This document shows, in pieces, positions 29,433 through 39,213 of a DNA stretch of 64,000 nt. Location of the stretch: assembly GCA_964466035.1 (NCBI GenBank), contig CAYXLR010000007.1, positions 25,299 to 89,298 on the forward strand, read 5' to 3'. Under the pieces are notes generated by a model. The model was not told where the DNA came from. It searched no databases and worked only from the letters and a program-made list of their open reading frames with translations. Numbering within the stretch: the stretch's first letter is position 1; the number at the start of each line of letters is the position of its first letter. Source of the DNA: an uncultured Thermotogae bacterium (lineage in GTDB: Bacteria > Bipolaricaulota > Bipolaricaulia > UBA7950 > UBA9294). A program made the translations under genes and the position numbers.

Positions 29433-30218
29433 ATGGGCTTCAAGATGGACCTCACGGCGGTATGGGTTGGAATGCTGGCCTTCTTCTGTGAGCTCGTCGA
29501 CTCCTCGCTCGGGATGGGCTACGGGACGACCCTGACTCCGGTTCTGCTCCTTCTCGGGTTCCCCGCGAGTCTCGTCGTCCCCAGCGTCCTTCTCTCGGAA
29601 TTGATGAGCGGTCTGACCGCGGGTGCATTCCATCACGGATGCGGCAACATCTCGCTCAGGAAGGGAAGCTCCGATCGGGGGGTCGCGCTCGTCCTTGTGG
29701 CGACCGGCGTGGTCGGGGCCGTCGCGGCGGTCCATGTCGCGCTCAACATCCCGATGCAGGTCCTGAAGGGATACATCGGCGCGATGGTTCTCGCGATGGG
29801 AATTCTCGTCCTGGTCTTTCGCAAGTACAGGATTCGTTTCTCGTGGCCGCGGATCGTCTCGCTCGGGATCGTCTCCGCCTTCAACAAAGGGATCTCGGGC
29901 GGTGGATACGGCCCCCTGGTCGTGTCGGGACAGATCCTCTCGGGGAGCGACACACGAAGCGCGATCGGAGTGACCTCGCTGGCGGAGGGGTTCATTTGCA
30001 TGGCCGCCTTCTCCCTCTATCTCGTGATGAACGACGGACGGGCCTGGCTCGCGGGCAACTGGCGGTTCTACGTCCCGATGGTGGCCGGGGCGTTGCTTGC
30101 CGCTCCCGCGGCCGCGCGGGTGACGAAGCTCGCTTCAAGGAAGGTCGATCTGCGACTCGTTGTCGGGCTCCTAACGTGCGTGTTGGGGGCGTGGACCCTG
30201 ATCAGGACCTTCGGATGA
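29433..30218 (+). CDS. TauE/SafE-family anion exporter (sulfite exporter-like membrane protein)
   Basis: 261 aa polytopic; LGMGYGTTLTPVLLLLG start and internal duplication typical of TauE/SafE. Confidence 0.8.
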   Translation: MGFKMDLTAVWVGMLAFFCELVDSSLGMGYGTTLTPVLLLLGFPASLVVPSVLLSELMSGLTAGAFHHGCGNISLRKGSSDRGVALVLVATGVVGAVAAVHVALNIPMQVLKGYIGAMVLAMGILVLVFRKYRIRFSWPRIVSLGIVSAFNKGISGGGYGPLVVSGQILSGSDTRSAIGVTSLAEGFICMAAFSLYLVMNDGRAWLAGNWRFYVPMVAGALLAAPAAARVTKLASRKVDLRLVVGLLTCVLGAWTLIRTFG

Positions 30219-30287
30219 GGTCCGGGTAGCGGCCGAGCTCATGCGGGGGATGCGCCGTGGTTCTTCGTTCCACGATCGGCGGGACGT

Positions 30288-31064
30288 TCACTGGGGCGAT
30301 GGCTCGCCGCACGCGGGGCAATCTGCGTTCCGCTGAAGCGCAATGATCTCAAATCGCATGGCAGCCGCGTCGTAGACGAGGAGCCGGCCGACGAGCGGCG
30401 TGCCGATGCCGACGATCCACTTGATTGTCTCGGTCGCCTGGAGCGTTCCGATCGTCCCGGGGACGGCTCCGAGGATCCCGGCTTGCTCGCCGGTCAGGAC
30501 GGTCTCCGGCGCAGGTGGCTCGGGGAAGAGACAGCGATAGCACGGGCCGTCGTCGGCGCACAGGAGACTCACCTGACCCTCGAGGCGGAAGACGGCGCCG
30601 TAGACGTAGGGGATCCCGAGGGCGAGGCAGACGTCGTTGATCGCGTAGCGCGTCTCGAAGTTGTCGGTCCCGTCGACGATCAGGTCGTAGCCGCGGGCGA
30701 TCCGCCGGCCGAGGTCGGGCTCGAAGCGCTCGGGGAACGTCTCGACGGCGACGTCCCGGTTCAGATCGGCGAGGCGCGACGCGGCGCTCTCGACCTTCGG
30801 GCGGCCGAGCGTCCTCTTCCCGTGGAGGACCTGGCGTTGGAGGTCGGGGAGGCCGACGACGTCTTCGTCGACGATCCCGATCCGGCCGACGCCGGCTCCT
30901 GCGAGGTAGAGCGCGATGGCGCTGCCGAGCCCGCCGACCCCGACGATCAGGGCGCGGGCCGCCTTCAACTTCCTTTGTCCCGCCTCGCCGATCTGGGGAA
31001 GGACGAGGTGGCGCGCGTACCGCGCCCGCTCCTGCTCCGAGAGGTCCGGCCGTCGGTCGTTCAT
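30288..31064 (-). CDS. ThiF/MoeB/HesA-family adenylyltransferase
   Basis: 258 aa; RYARHLVLPQIGEAGQRKL, nucleotide loop GVGGLGS, two CxxC pairs (CYRC, CPAC). Confidence 0.85.
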   Translation of the reverse strand: MNDRRPDLSEQERARYARHLVLPQIGEAGQRKLKAARALIVGVGGLGSAIALYLAGAGVGRIGIVDEDVVGLPDLQRQVLHGKRTLGRPKVESAASRLADLNRDVAVETFPERFEPDLGRRIARGYDLIVDGTDNFETRYAINDVCLALGIPYVYGAVFRLEGQVSLLCADDGPCYRCLFPEPPAPETVLTGEQAGILGAVPGTIGTLQATETIKWIVGIGTPLVGRLLVYDAAAMRFEIIALQRNADCPACGEPSPQ

Positions 31065-31112
31065 CGTTTTCCCCCCTGAGAAAACGCCTCCGGCCTCATC
31101 ATAGTCGATCGG

Positions 31113-32015
31113 TCAGCCTCCGACCTCCGGCGCTTCCAGGGGGAGCTCGTAGAGGAAGACGTCGGGATCGCCGTCGGCCCACAGCGCGAACCCGTGCTCG
31201 TCCAACAGGGGATCGACGGCGGCGATCCGCCCCTCAGCGGCCGGGACCATGAACGCGATCTCGGCGCCCGGATAGAGGGCGAGCGCGTGGCGGAGGAGGC
31301 CGCGCATCGCCTCGGGCTCGCCGTCGAGGAAATTGACGATGGTCTTCGGGGCCCCGGGCGGCCACCGCGAGCAAAGAAGGGCCTCGAGGCGGTCGCCGCT
31401 TCGCCATCCGAGGCGCGCGCCCATCCGGGCGACGGCCGCAGCGGGATCGTGGTCGAACGGGAAGAACCGCCACCCGCGGGGGAAGCGCCGGTTGGCCAAT
31501 CGGAGGAACGGGGAATCGGCGACGAAGTCGATCGTCTCTTCTTCGCCGGCGGTCACGATGTGCGGATCGGATTGAAGGCCCGCCTCGACCGGCGGCGCGC
31601 CCGCGGGGCGCTCGCGGTAGACGAACGTCGCGACCCGCTCGAAGCCGTAGGACTCGATGATATGGATCGACGCTTCGTTGTCGACGTACGTCGAGAGACT
31701 GATCCGTTCCGCCCCGGCCGTCCGCGCCCGGTCGATCAGGTGCTCGGTGATGGCTCGGCCGACGCCGCGGCCGCGGTAGGCCGGATCGGTCCGGATCCCC
31801 TCGAGCCACGCGAGGCGGGGCGCGAGCCACGTCCGCCGAGCGAAGCCGACGAGTCCGCCGTCGAGGACCGCCCCGACGACCTCGCCGTCCGCGTCGGCGA
31901 ACCAGTCGTCGAGCAGCCCGGGGACGTAGTCGTGGCCGCCCCAGATCTGCGACGAGATCTCGACGATTCGCGGTCGATCCTCGGGGGTGACGGTCCGCAG
32001 CTCGATCGGTGCCAT
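31113..32015 (-). CDS. GNAT-family N-acetyltransferase
   Basis: 300 aa; acetyl-CoA motif A RGRGVGRAITEHL. Confidence 0.75.
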   Translation of the reverse strand: MAPIELRTVTPEDRPRIVEISSQIWGGHDYVPGLLDDWFADADGEVVGAVLDGGLVGFARRTWLAPRLAWLEGIRTDPAYRGRGVGRAITEHLIDRARTAGAERISLSTYVDNEASIHIIESYGFERVATFVYRERPAGAPPVEAGLQSDPHIVTAGEEETIDFVADSPFLRLANRRFPRGWRFFPFDHDPAAAVARMGARLGWRSGDRLEALLCSRWPPGAPKTIVNFLDGEPEAMRGLLRHALALYPGAEIAFMVPAAEGRIAAVDPLLDEHGFALWADGDPDVFLYELPLEAPEVGG

Positions 32016-32070
32016 GGTGCGTCGATACTAGTCGAAGGAGCGCGGGGCTCCCAACGAGCGGAGCCGACCG

Positions 32071-32760
32071 CTATCCGAACAGGGCGTCGAAGACCCGAAA
32101 GACGAAGACGAGGTAGTAGACCGAGATGCCGAGCATCGCCAGGCCGGCGATCCGGTTGATCGAGGATTTGTAGCGCGTCAGGAACCGGATGACGACGCCG
32201 GACGCGGCGGTCGAAACGGCGGCGAGGGCGAGCAACGGCGCGGCGATCCCGACCCCGAACGCGAGGAACCGAAGGACGTTCGCTCCAAATCCGAGGACGG
32301 AGACCGAGCGGGTGAAGAAGACGGCGATGAACAGGGGGTTGCACGGGACGACGATCGCTCCGAAGAAGAACCCGTAAAGGAACGCGGTCCACCAGGGGCT
32401 CTTCGATTTCGGGACCTTCGCCTTCGGGAGCAGCCGGCCGACGTCGACATCGAACAGGAGCAGGACGCTGAGGACGAAGAGGATTCCGAACGCGACCGGC
32501 GAGACGACGCCGATCACGCGGGTGAGCGAGACTTGGAGGATCGTCGTGAAGATCAGCCCGAGGAGGAACATGAACGCGACCACGCCGCCGGTCACGTTCG
32601 CGGCGAAGAGGAGAATCGTCCCCCGCTTCGCCTCCCTCCCGGCGAGCCGGTTGGACAGGTAGGCGAGAAACCCGGGGTAGAGCGGAAGGACGCAGACCGC
32701 GCCGAGCGGCGTGAGGACGCCGAGGACGAACGATTCGGCCAGGTCGGCGAGGAGAGGCAT
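32071..32760 (-). CDS. ccdA: Cytochrome c biogenesis/thiol-disulfide electron transporter CcdA (DsbD-family TM domain)
   Basis: Start ATG 32760 overlaps upstream stop (ATGA); LGVLTPLGAVCVLPLYPGF and VVPCNPLF Cys-Pro motifs. Confidence 0.85.
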   Translation of the reverse strand: MPLLADLAESFVLGVLTPLGAVCVLPLYPGFLAYLSNRLAGREAKRGTILLFAANVTGGVVAFMFLLGLIFTTILQVSLTRVIGVVSPVAFGILFVLSVLLLFDVDVGRLLPKAKVPKSKSPWWTAFLYGFFFGAIVVPCNPLFIAVFFTRSVSVLGFGANVLRFLAFGVGIAAPLLALAAVSTAASGVVIRFLTRYKSSINRIAGLAMLGISVYYLVFVFRVFDALFG

Positions 32761-33341
32761 CAGCCGGTCCCCGCGATTTCCTCGAGCAGTTCCTCGGCCG
32801 ATTTCACCCCGCGCGGCAGCAGCCGCGCCGAACCGTCGACGTCGATGAGAATGACCGGAGCGCTCGGGGGGTTGGCCACGGTCAGCCCGAATGCGTCGAT
32901 CAGCATCTGCGTCATCTCGAACGGCGCCACGGCGAAGCGCCACGTGAACCCGTGCTCCTCGGCGTGCAGCCTCACCGCGACGACGTCCTCGTTCGGATCG
33001 GAATCAAGGGAGACGTGGACGATCGAATCGCCTTCGAGCTCGAGCAACCTCGCCATCTCCTTCTGCTGACGAAGGCAGATCGGGCACCAGACGGCGAAGC
33101 TCTCGACGAGGATCGGTCGGCCGGCGAAGTCGGCGATCCTAAACGGCGCGCCGGTGACCGCGTCGACGAGTTCGATGCTCGCCCACTCGGGCACCAGGAT
33201 CGTCTCTTCCGCCTCCCCTTCCTCCGATTCCTGCGCCATTCCGGGCCTCGCCGTGATCCGGTCGAAGGCGAAGAACAGCGACAGGCCCAACGCCACCGTT
33301 GCGACCAGCGACAGCGCGATGCGAAGTGCTTTGCGACTCAT
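32760..33341 (-). CDS. TlpA/ResA-like periplasmic thioredoxin-fold thiol-disulfide oxidoreductase
   Basis: Start ATG 33341 (RBS GAGGAGG); signal-anchor then WCPIC redox motif. Confidence 0.8.
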   Translation of the reverse strand: MSRKALRIALSLVATVALGLSLFFAFDRITARPGMAQESEEGEAEETILVPEWASIELVDAVTGAPFRIADFAGRPILVESFAVWCPICLRQQKEMARLLELEGDSIVHVSLDSDPNEDVVAVRLHAEEHGFTWRFAVAPFEMTQMLIDAFGLTVANPPSAPVILIDVDGSARLLPRGVKSAEELLEEIAGTG

Positions 33342-33490
33342 GACGGCCTCCTCTCGTTCTTCCGCCTTCGGGCGGAAGTTCTTTTCCAACGAACGTTTCG
33401 CTTTTCATCACGGTTCCGTCGTAGATCCCGTCGGTGGAGGTCCGGTGAGCGGACCGTGCGGTTTCGGTGAGGGCGCGTTCGGGGATACGG

Positions 33491-34351
33491 CTAGCCGCTC
33501 CGAAGCCTGCCGAGGAGGCCGCGGCGCGGCGACAGGAGAAGGGCCAGGAAGAAGAACGCGATCGCGACGAGGACGATCGACGCCCCCGACGCGACGCTCC
33601 AATGGAACGAGAGGTAGAGGCCGATCGCGCCGGAGAGGACGCCGAGGAGCGCGCCGATCGCCATCATTTGGGGGAGGCGGCGTGCGACCAGGAACGCCGT
33701 GGACGCGGGGACGATCAGCATGGCGAGCATCAGCCCGACGCCCACCGTCTGCAGCGACACGACGACGGTAACCGCGACGAGGACGAAGAGGAGGTATCGG
33801 TACGCCGACGTCGGCAGGCGGAGCGTTCGCGCCAGCGTCGGGTCGAACGAAACGGCGACCAGCTCCTTGTAGAAGACCAGCAGCAGGAGGAGGACGGCGC
33901 CGCCGAACGCGCCGATCAGGACAAGATCGGCGTTCGAGACCCCGAGGACGTTGCCGAACAGAAAATGGACGAGGTCGACGGCGAACCCGCGGACGGTGGA
34001 GATGAGGGCGATTCCGAGGGCGAACATCCCGGCGAAGACGATGCCGATCGCGGTGTCCTCGCGGACGCGCTCCCGCTCGCTGATCCATCCGATTCCGAGG
34101 GCGACGAGGATCGCCGTGCCGAGGGCCCACCAGAAGAGCGCCCGGCGGTCCCCGCGTCCCGCGGTCAGGACGCCGCCGGCCAGGCCGGGCAGGATCGAGT
34201 GGGCGATCGCGTCCCCCATGAACGCCATCCCCCGGAGGACGACGAACGAGCCGACGACGGCGCAGAGCCCTCCGACCGACGTGGCGGCGATCAGGCCTCG
34301 GATCATGAACGGGTAGCGGAACGGCTCGACGATCGCCTCAACGAAGCTCAT
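33491..34351 (-). CDS. Metal (Zn/Mn/Fe-type) ABC transporter permease, ZnuB/TroD family
   Basis: Start ATG 34351 (RBS GGAGGAGGGG); polytopic with AGMFALGI and GVGLMLAMLIVPA segments typical of ABC-3 family. Confidence 0.85.
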   Translation of the reverse strand: MSFVEAIVEPFRYPFMIRGLIAATSVGGLCAVVGSFVVLRGMAFMGDAIAHSILPGLAGGVLTAGRGDRRALFWWALGTAILVALGIGWISERERVREDTAIGIVFAGMFALGIALISTVRGFAVDLVHFLFGNVLGVSNADLVLIGAFGGAVLLLLLVFYKELVAVSFDPTLARTLRLPTSAYRYLLFVLVAVTVVVSLQTVGVGLMLAMLIVPASTAFLVARRLPQMMAIGALLGVLSGAIGLYLSFHWSVASGASIVLVAIAFFFLALLLSPRRGLLGRLRSG

Positions 34352-35207
34352 CGTCCCCTCCTCCGCAGGCCGTATCGTGGACGACGAACGTTCCTGATTC
34401 TCCTTCAACCACGTGGAGGCAGCTTCCGTACGCCTCGCGCAGGTTCGCCTCGGAGAACACCGCGCGGGCCGGTCCGTGGCCGATCATCCTCCGGTTGAGG
34501 AGAAGGACTTCATCGAACGACGCGGCGGCGATCCCCAGATCGTGGAGGGCGACGATCGCGCTCACGCTTCGATCTCGAAGGCCGGCGATCAATTTGAGGA
34601 CCTCGTTTCGGGAATGGAGGTCGAGTCCGGCGAGCGGCTCGTCGAGCAGGGCGAGGTCCGCCTCCTGCGCGAGGGCCCGCGCGAGGAACATCCGCTGCTG
34701 TTGGCCGCCGGAGAGCTCCTCGATCTGCCGATGGGCCAGGTCGGTGAGTTCAACCGCGGCGAGCGCCTCCCGGACGATCCGGCGGTCGCTCGCCCCGGCG
34801 CGGCGGAACGGCCCGATCCGCTGGATCCGCCCCATCATGACGACGTCGTGGACCGTGACCGGAAACCGCCAGTCGATCCTGCTTCTCTGCGGGACGTAGG
34901 CGATGCAGATGTGGCCGGAGGGGCCGTGCCCGTGGACGCGGACCTCACCGCTCGACGGCGGAACGAGCCCGGCGAGGGTCCGCAGGAGCGTCGTCTTCCC
35001 GGCGCCGTTCGGTCCGACGACGGCCAGCTGCGCGCCGGCGGCCAGTTCGAACGTGACACCGGTCAGCGCCGTTCGTCCGCCGAGGGTCACGGAGAGCCCC
35101 GAGACCGCGACGGCCGGGGCGTCGGCCAGATGGACGGCGCGGGCACGCCGCCCGAAGGGAGATCGACGCGATCCGCCCTGGCGTTTTCGAGATTCACGGT
35201 TTGTCAC
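34338..35207 (-). CDS. Metal ABC transporter ATP-binding protein, ZnuC/TroB family
   Basis: GTG 35207 overlaps SBP stop (GTGA); Walker A GPNGAGKTT, signature LSGGQQQR, Walker B LALLDEP. Confidence 0.85.
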   Translation of the reverse strand: MTNRESRKRQGGSRRSPFGRRARAVHLADAPAVAVSGLSVTLGGRTALTGVTFELAAGAQLAVVGPNGAGKTTLLRTLAGLVPPSSGEVRVHGHGPSGHICIAYVPQRSRIDWRFPVTVHDVVMMGRIQRIGPFRRAGASDRRIVREALAAVELTDLAHRQIEELSGGQQQRMFLARALAQEADLALLDEPLAGLDLHSRNEVLKLIAGLRDRSVSAIVALHDLGIAAASFDEVLLLNRRMIGHGPARAVFSEANLREAYGSCLHVVEGESGTFVVHDTACGGGDDELR

Positions 35208-36103
35208 GGCGCCTCCGACAGCCCGTTTACGATGGCCATCACATCGTAGCGCATCAGGTCGAGGTAGCTGGAGGCCGGCCCGTCCGGGCCGCTCAGCGAG
35301 CCGGTGTAGACGACGACGATCTCCGTTCCGGTGTCGGCCGCGACCCGCTCGGTCAACGATGGGTTGACCGTCGTCCCGACGAAGAGGACCGGGACGCCGA
35401 GCGACGCGATCGCCTCCTCCAGCGCCGCGAGGTCTCGGGCCGACGGCTCGGAGAGGCTGCTCAGCCCCGGGAAGACCGTCCCGACTTGGTCGAATCCGTA
35501 CCGCGCTGCGAAGTAACCGAAGACGGCGTGATCGGTGACGAGGAGACGCCGCTCCACCGGGAGCCGTCCCACCTCCTCCTCGATCCACGCGTCGAGTTCG
35601 GCCAGTTCCGAGCGGTAGGCCGCGGCGCGCGCGCGGTATCCTGGTTCCCCCGCGGGGTCCAGGTCGCTCAGCACGGCGGCGATTCGGTCGACCCAGGCGC
35701 CGACGTTGGCCGGATCGAACCAGACGTGCGGATCGGCTTCCTCGTGATCGTGTTCCTCGCCTTCGTGGTCCGGCCCGTCGGCTCCGAGGAGATCGAGCCC
35801 GTCGGAGAGGGCCACGACGCGCCCCGTGGCGGCCCCCAGGATCGGATCGAGGTTCCATTCCAATCCGGCTCCGCTCAGGAAGACGACGTCCGCGCGCGCG
35901 ATCGCGACGAGGTCCTGCGGCGTCGGCTCGAACCCGTGGGGATCGGCGTCGATCGGAAGGAGGACCGTCGCTTCGTTTCCGGCCCCGGCGACCCGCGCGA
36001 CGACGTCCCCGACGATCGTCGTCGTGCAGACGATCCGAAGCGACGTCGCCGGCCACGAGCACGCAGCGATCAAGGCGAGGGCCAGCCATCCGGCCTTCTT
36101 CAT
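35204..36103 (-). CDS. Metal ABC transporter substrate-binding lipoprotein, ZnuA/TroA family
   Basis: 299 aa; lipobox LIAAC; His/Asp/Glu-rich loop GPDHEGEEHDHEEADPHVWFDP typical of ZnuA-type proteins. Confidence 0.85.
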   Translation of the reverse strand: MKKAGWLALALIAACSWPATSLRIVCTTTIVGDVVARVAGAGNEATVLLPIDADPHGFEPTPQDLVAIARADVVFLSGAGLEWNLDPILGAATGRVVALSDGLDLLGADGPDHEGEEHDHEEADPHVWFDPANVGAWVDRIAAVLSDLDPAGEPGYRARAAAYRSELAELDAWIEEEVGRLPVERRLLVTDHAVFGYFAARYGFDQVGTVFPGLSSLSEPSARDLAALEEAIASLGVPVLFVGTTVNPSLTERVAADTGTEIVVVYTGSLSGPDGPASSYLDLMRYDVMAIVNGLSEAP

Positions 36104-36270
36104 ACCCGCTTCCTTTCATCGATGAGGCCGCGGCGCAAGTTTGCCGCAGCCGCGCCACCCCGTCCAACCGGTCGGACTCTTCACACCCCCGCCACAGGTT
36201 TGGACCGACCCGTTCACCGCCGCTTCGTACCGTACGGGCGACCGTGTGACGAACAAAGGAGGAATCGGAT

Positions 36271-36951
36271 ATGAGAGGGAAACGACTCCGGATCGCATCG
36301 GTGGTGATTCTGTTGGGACTGATCGCGGCGATTCCGGCGAGCACGCAGGGCCTGCTCGGGTCGGAGGACGACGTAAGCGAAGCGACCCATCTCCCGCTTC
36401 TCGTCCTCGTCAACCGCATGGAGCTGACGCCCGAGCAGATGGAGGAAATCCACGGGCTTCTCGTGGGGCTTCTCGAGGAGCGCGACGCGCTCGAGCTTCG
36501 CAGGGTCGAGCTCGAGCAGGACATGATCGCGTTCAACGGGACGGCGGAGGAGCTCGACGAGATCCTCGATGCGTTCCGCGCCGAGACCGAAGCGCAGGCT
36601 CAAGCGGCGTACGAGCACGTGGAGGACGCGATCGATCGGATCAAGGGGATCCTGACGCTGAAGCAGGGCGAGATTCTCGCCGAGTTCCTCCCCGGCTTCC
36701 TGGGGGATCGTGGCGCGTCCTTCCTGCCGCGGGGCGGCGCCGGAGGGACCCTCGGGCGGCGTGGTACGGGAGCGTCCTCCCCCCTTCGCGAGCAGATTCT
36801 CGGACGGCTGGAGGAGCGGCTCGGCGGCGCCACGTCGGGTGGAGGCTTCTCCGGGCGGATGCAAGTCGGTCGCGGGACGACGCCCCGAGGCCTCGATTGG
36901 ATCGAGCAGCTCGTCGAAGTCCTCGAGCTGAAGTTGGAAGCGATCGAGTAG
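36271..36951 (+). CDS. Secreted LTXXQ-motif protein (CpxP/Spy/ZraP-like periplasmic stress or metal-associated protein)
   Basis: 226 aa; signal peptide, two LTXXQ motifs (LTPEQ, LTLKQ), helical Glu/Leu-rich body, Gly/Arg-rich tail; strong RBS aaaggagg. Confidence 0.6.
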   Translation: MRGKRLRIASVVILLGLIAAIPASTQGLLGSEDDVSEATHLPLLVLVNRMELTPEQMEEIHGLLVGLLEERDALELRRVELEQDMIAFNGTAEELDEILDAFRAETEAQAQAAYEHVEDAIDRIKGILTLKQGEILAEFLPGFLGDRGASFLPRGGAGGTLGRRGTGASSPLREQILGRLEERLGGATSGGGFSGRMQVGRGTTPRGLDWIEQLVEVLELKLEAIE

Positions 36952-37052
36952 CGGGTGAGACGGCCCTCTCGGTCACCGTTGGAGTCCGTGCCGCCGTCCC
37001 TCGGGAGGGCGGCACGCTCCTTTTCGGAGCGGCGTGTCGATGCGGCGTCGGG

Positions 37053-38390
37053 CTACTCCGTCGGCAGGAGGACATGGAAGCACGCCCCGCCGGCCGGCCG
37101 GTTCTCCGCCCAGATGCTCCCTCCCTGCGCGTCGACGAGCGCCTTGGCGATCGAGAGGCCGAGCCCCGCTCCGCCGTCGCTCGTCCGCGCGTCGTCGGCC
37201 CGGTAGAACCGGTCGAAGACGTGGGCGAGATCGGTCTCCGTCAGCCCCGGGCCGGTGTCGCAGATGCTCGTCAGGACTCCCCCGCGATGCTCGGCGGCGG
37301 AGATCGAAATCGTTCCTCCTTCGGGCGTGTGGCGGATCGCGTTGGCGAGGAGGTTGAGAAAGACCTGCTCGATCCGCTGGCGGTCGACGACGACCGGCGG
37401 GAGGTCGTCGTCGATCCTCCGGTCGAGCCGGAGGCTCGAGTCCTCGAGCTGGACGCCGATCGTCTCGCCGATCGTGTCGACGATCGCGTCGATCCGGCAC
37501 GGAGCCGGCCGGATCGACAGCCGGCCGGCGTCGGCGAGCGTCAGCTGGTGGAGGTCGTGCACCAGCCGGGTCGTCAGAAGGATCTTGTCGTGCAACGAGG
37601 CGAGGGTCTCCGGCGTCGGTTCGATCAGCCCGTCCCGGAGGCCCTCGAGGGCGCTGCGGACGGCGGCGAGCGGGGTTCGAAGCTCGTGGGAAACGTCGGC
37701 GATCATCCGCTTCTTCGTCCGCTCGGCCCGATCGAGGCTCTCGGCCATCTCGTCGAACGACTGAGCGAGGCGCCCGATCTCGTCGGACGTGGAGATCCCG
37801 ACCCGTTCGTCGAACTCCCCCCGTGCGATCCGTCGGGTCGCCGCGTCGAGGCGTCGGAGCGGCCGGGTGACCTGGCGAAGGAGGAGGACCGAGAGGAGGA
37901 TCGCGACGGCCATCGCGACGAGACCGGCGAGCCAGAGCGATCGGCGGGTGGTCCGGAGGAATCCCTCTTCGAGGATCTCCTGGCCGAGGACGACGCGGGA
38001 CGGGATCACCGTCCAGACCTCCCCGTCGGTCAGCTCGATCGTCACCCCTTCCTCCAGCTGGTCCAACGACAGCCGGCGGCCGACGGTTCGGGGATCCGGG
38101 GCGTAGACGACGGTGCGATCCGAATCGACGAGGAGGACCGGGACCTCGCGCCGCCCCCTCTCGAGGAACGCGATGACGACGTCGAGGCTCCCCGTCTGCT
38201 CGTAGAACGCGCGGACGAGCTGAAGGACGGCCCGCTCCTGCGGCGTGTACGTCGTGACCGTGAACTCGGAGAAGGCCCGCTTCACCGACTGGTTGATGAA
38301 CAGATACCCAGCCAGCGACGTCAGGAGAACGATCAGGACGAACGCGACGAGGAGCTTCGCCTGGAAGGACATCCGCCCGAGGAACCGCAT
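37053..38390 (-). CDS. Sensor histidine kinase (2 TM, HAMP, HisKA, HATPase_c)
   Basis: 445 aa from ATG 38390; H-box DVSHELRTPLAAV, N/G boxes NLLANAIRHTP, DTGPGL, GGAGLGLSI. Confidence 0.9.
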   Translation of the reverse strand: MRFLGRMSFQAKLLVAFVLIVLLTSLAGYLFINQSVKRAFSEFTVTTYTPQERAVLQLVRAFYEQTGSLDVVIAFLERGRREVPVLLVDSDRTVVYAPDPRTVGRRLSLDQLEEGVTIELTDGEVWTVIPSRVVLGQEILEEGFLRTTRRSLWLAGLVAMAVAILLSVLLLRQVTRPLRRLDAATRRIARGEFDERVGISTSDEIGRLAQSFDEMAESLDRAERTKKRMIADVSHELRTPLAAVRSALEGLRDGLIEPTPETLASLHDKILLTTRLVHDLHQLTLADAGRLSIRPAPCRIDAIVDTIGETIGVQLEDSSLRLDRRIDDDLPPVVVDRQRIEQVFLNLLANAIRHTPEGGTISISAAEHRGGVLTSICDTGPGLTETDLAHVFDRFYRADDARTSDGGAGLGLSIAKALVDAQGGSIWAENRPAGGACFHVLLPTE

Positions 38391-39073
38391 TATCCCTCCT
38401 CTTTCGCCAGCTTGTAGCCGACGCCGAAGACCGTCAGGACGAACCGCGGATTCCGCGGATCCGGCTCGATCTTCTGGCGGAGCCGCTTGATGTGCGAGTC
38501 GACCGACCGCTCGAAGCTCTCGTAGGTCTCGCCGCGGACCGCCTCGAGGAGCTCGAGCCGGGTGAACACGCGGCCTGGGTACGTCATCAGGAACGCGAGG
38601 AGGTCGAACTCCATCGCCGTCAGCTCGACCGGTTCCCCGAGGACCCACAGCCGTCGCTGCGCCTGGTCCAGCCGGAGGTCGCCGACCTCCAGGACCGGCG
38701 GCGTTTTTCCGGTCGAGCGTCGGAGGACGGCGCGGACGCGGGCCTCCAGCTCCCTGGCGGAGAACGGCTTGACGACGTAGTCGTCGGCGCCGGTCTCCAG
38801 CCCCTCGATCCGATCCTCCTCGTCGACCCTCGCGGTCAGCATGATGATCGGGACGTTCGAGATCTCTCGAACCCGCTGCGCCACGGAGAGGCCATCCATC
38901 TCGGGGAGCATCCAATCGAGGATGACCAGGTCCGGCTGGTGCCGGCCGAACTGCGCGAGCGCCTCCGATCCGTCGTACGCGCTGACCACCTCGAAGTGGG
39001 CCTCCTCGAGGTAGCTCCGGATCGCCTGAACGACCCACGGTTCGTCGTCGACCACCAGGATCTTCGTCGCCAT
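38390..39073 (-). CDS. OmpR/PhoB-family response regulator
   Basis: 227 aa; receiver ILVVDDE...DLVILDWMLPEMDG, winged-helix C-terminus VFGVGYKL; stop overlaps HK start. Confidence 0.92.
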   Translation of the reverse strand: MATKILVVDDEPWVVQAIRSYLEEAHFEVVSAYDGSEALAQFGRHQPDLVILDWMLPEMDGLSVAQRVREISNVPIIMLTARVDEEDRIEGLETGADDYVVKPFSARELEARVRAVLRRSTGKTPPVLEVGDLRLDQAQRRLWVLGEPVELTAMEFDLLAFLMTYPGRVFTRLELLEAVRGETYESFERSVDSHIKRLRQKIEPDPRNPRFVLTVFGVGYKLAKEEG

Positions 39074-39085
39074 GGCCTTTGGGGC

Positions 39086-39115
39086 AGTATAGGCCGTTGG
39101 CGATCGGCGTCTCAA
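39086..39115 (-). promoter_or_regulatory. Candidate promoter of the RR-HK operon (near-leaderless)
   Basis: TTGAGA - 18 nt - TATACT on minus strand; -10 ends 12 nt before ATG 39073. Confidence 0.4.
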
Positions 39116-39213
39116 CTTCCGGTTCGGCGCCGGGCTCGAAGGAAAGCTTGGACGAACGCAGAGAACGCGTGGCCTGCACGAGGTGGTCATGCGGCAGGCA
39201 GCGAACCGGCGGC

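Noticed and set aside
36104-36270. Search for a Zur/Fur-type AT-rich box between the ZnuA-like gene and the LTXXQ gene
   Set aside because: No AT-rich palindrome of the TGATAATNATTATCA or Zur type is visible in this GC-rich spacer, so no site can be claimed.
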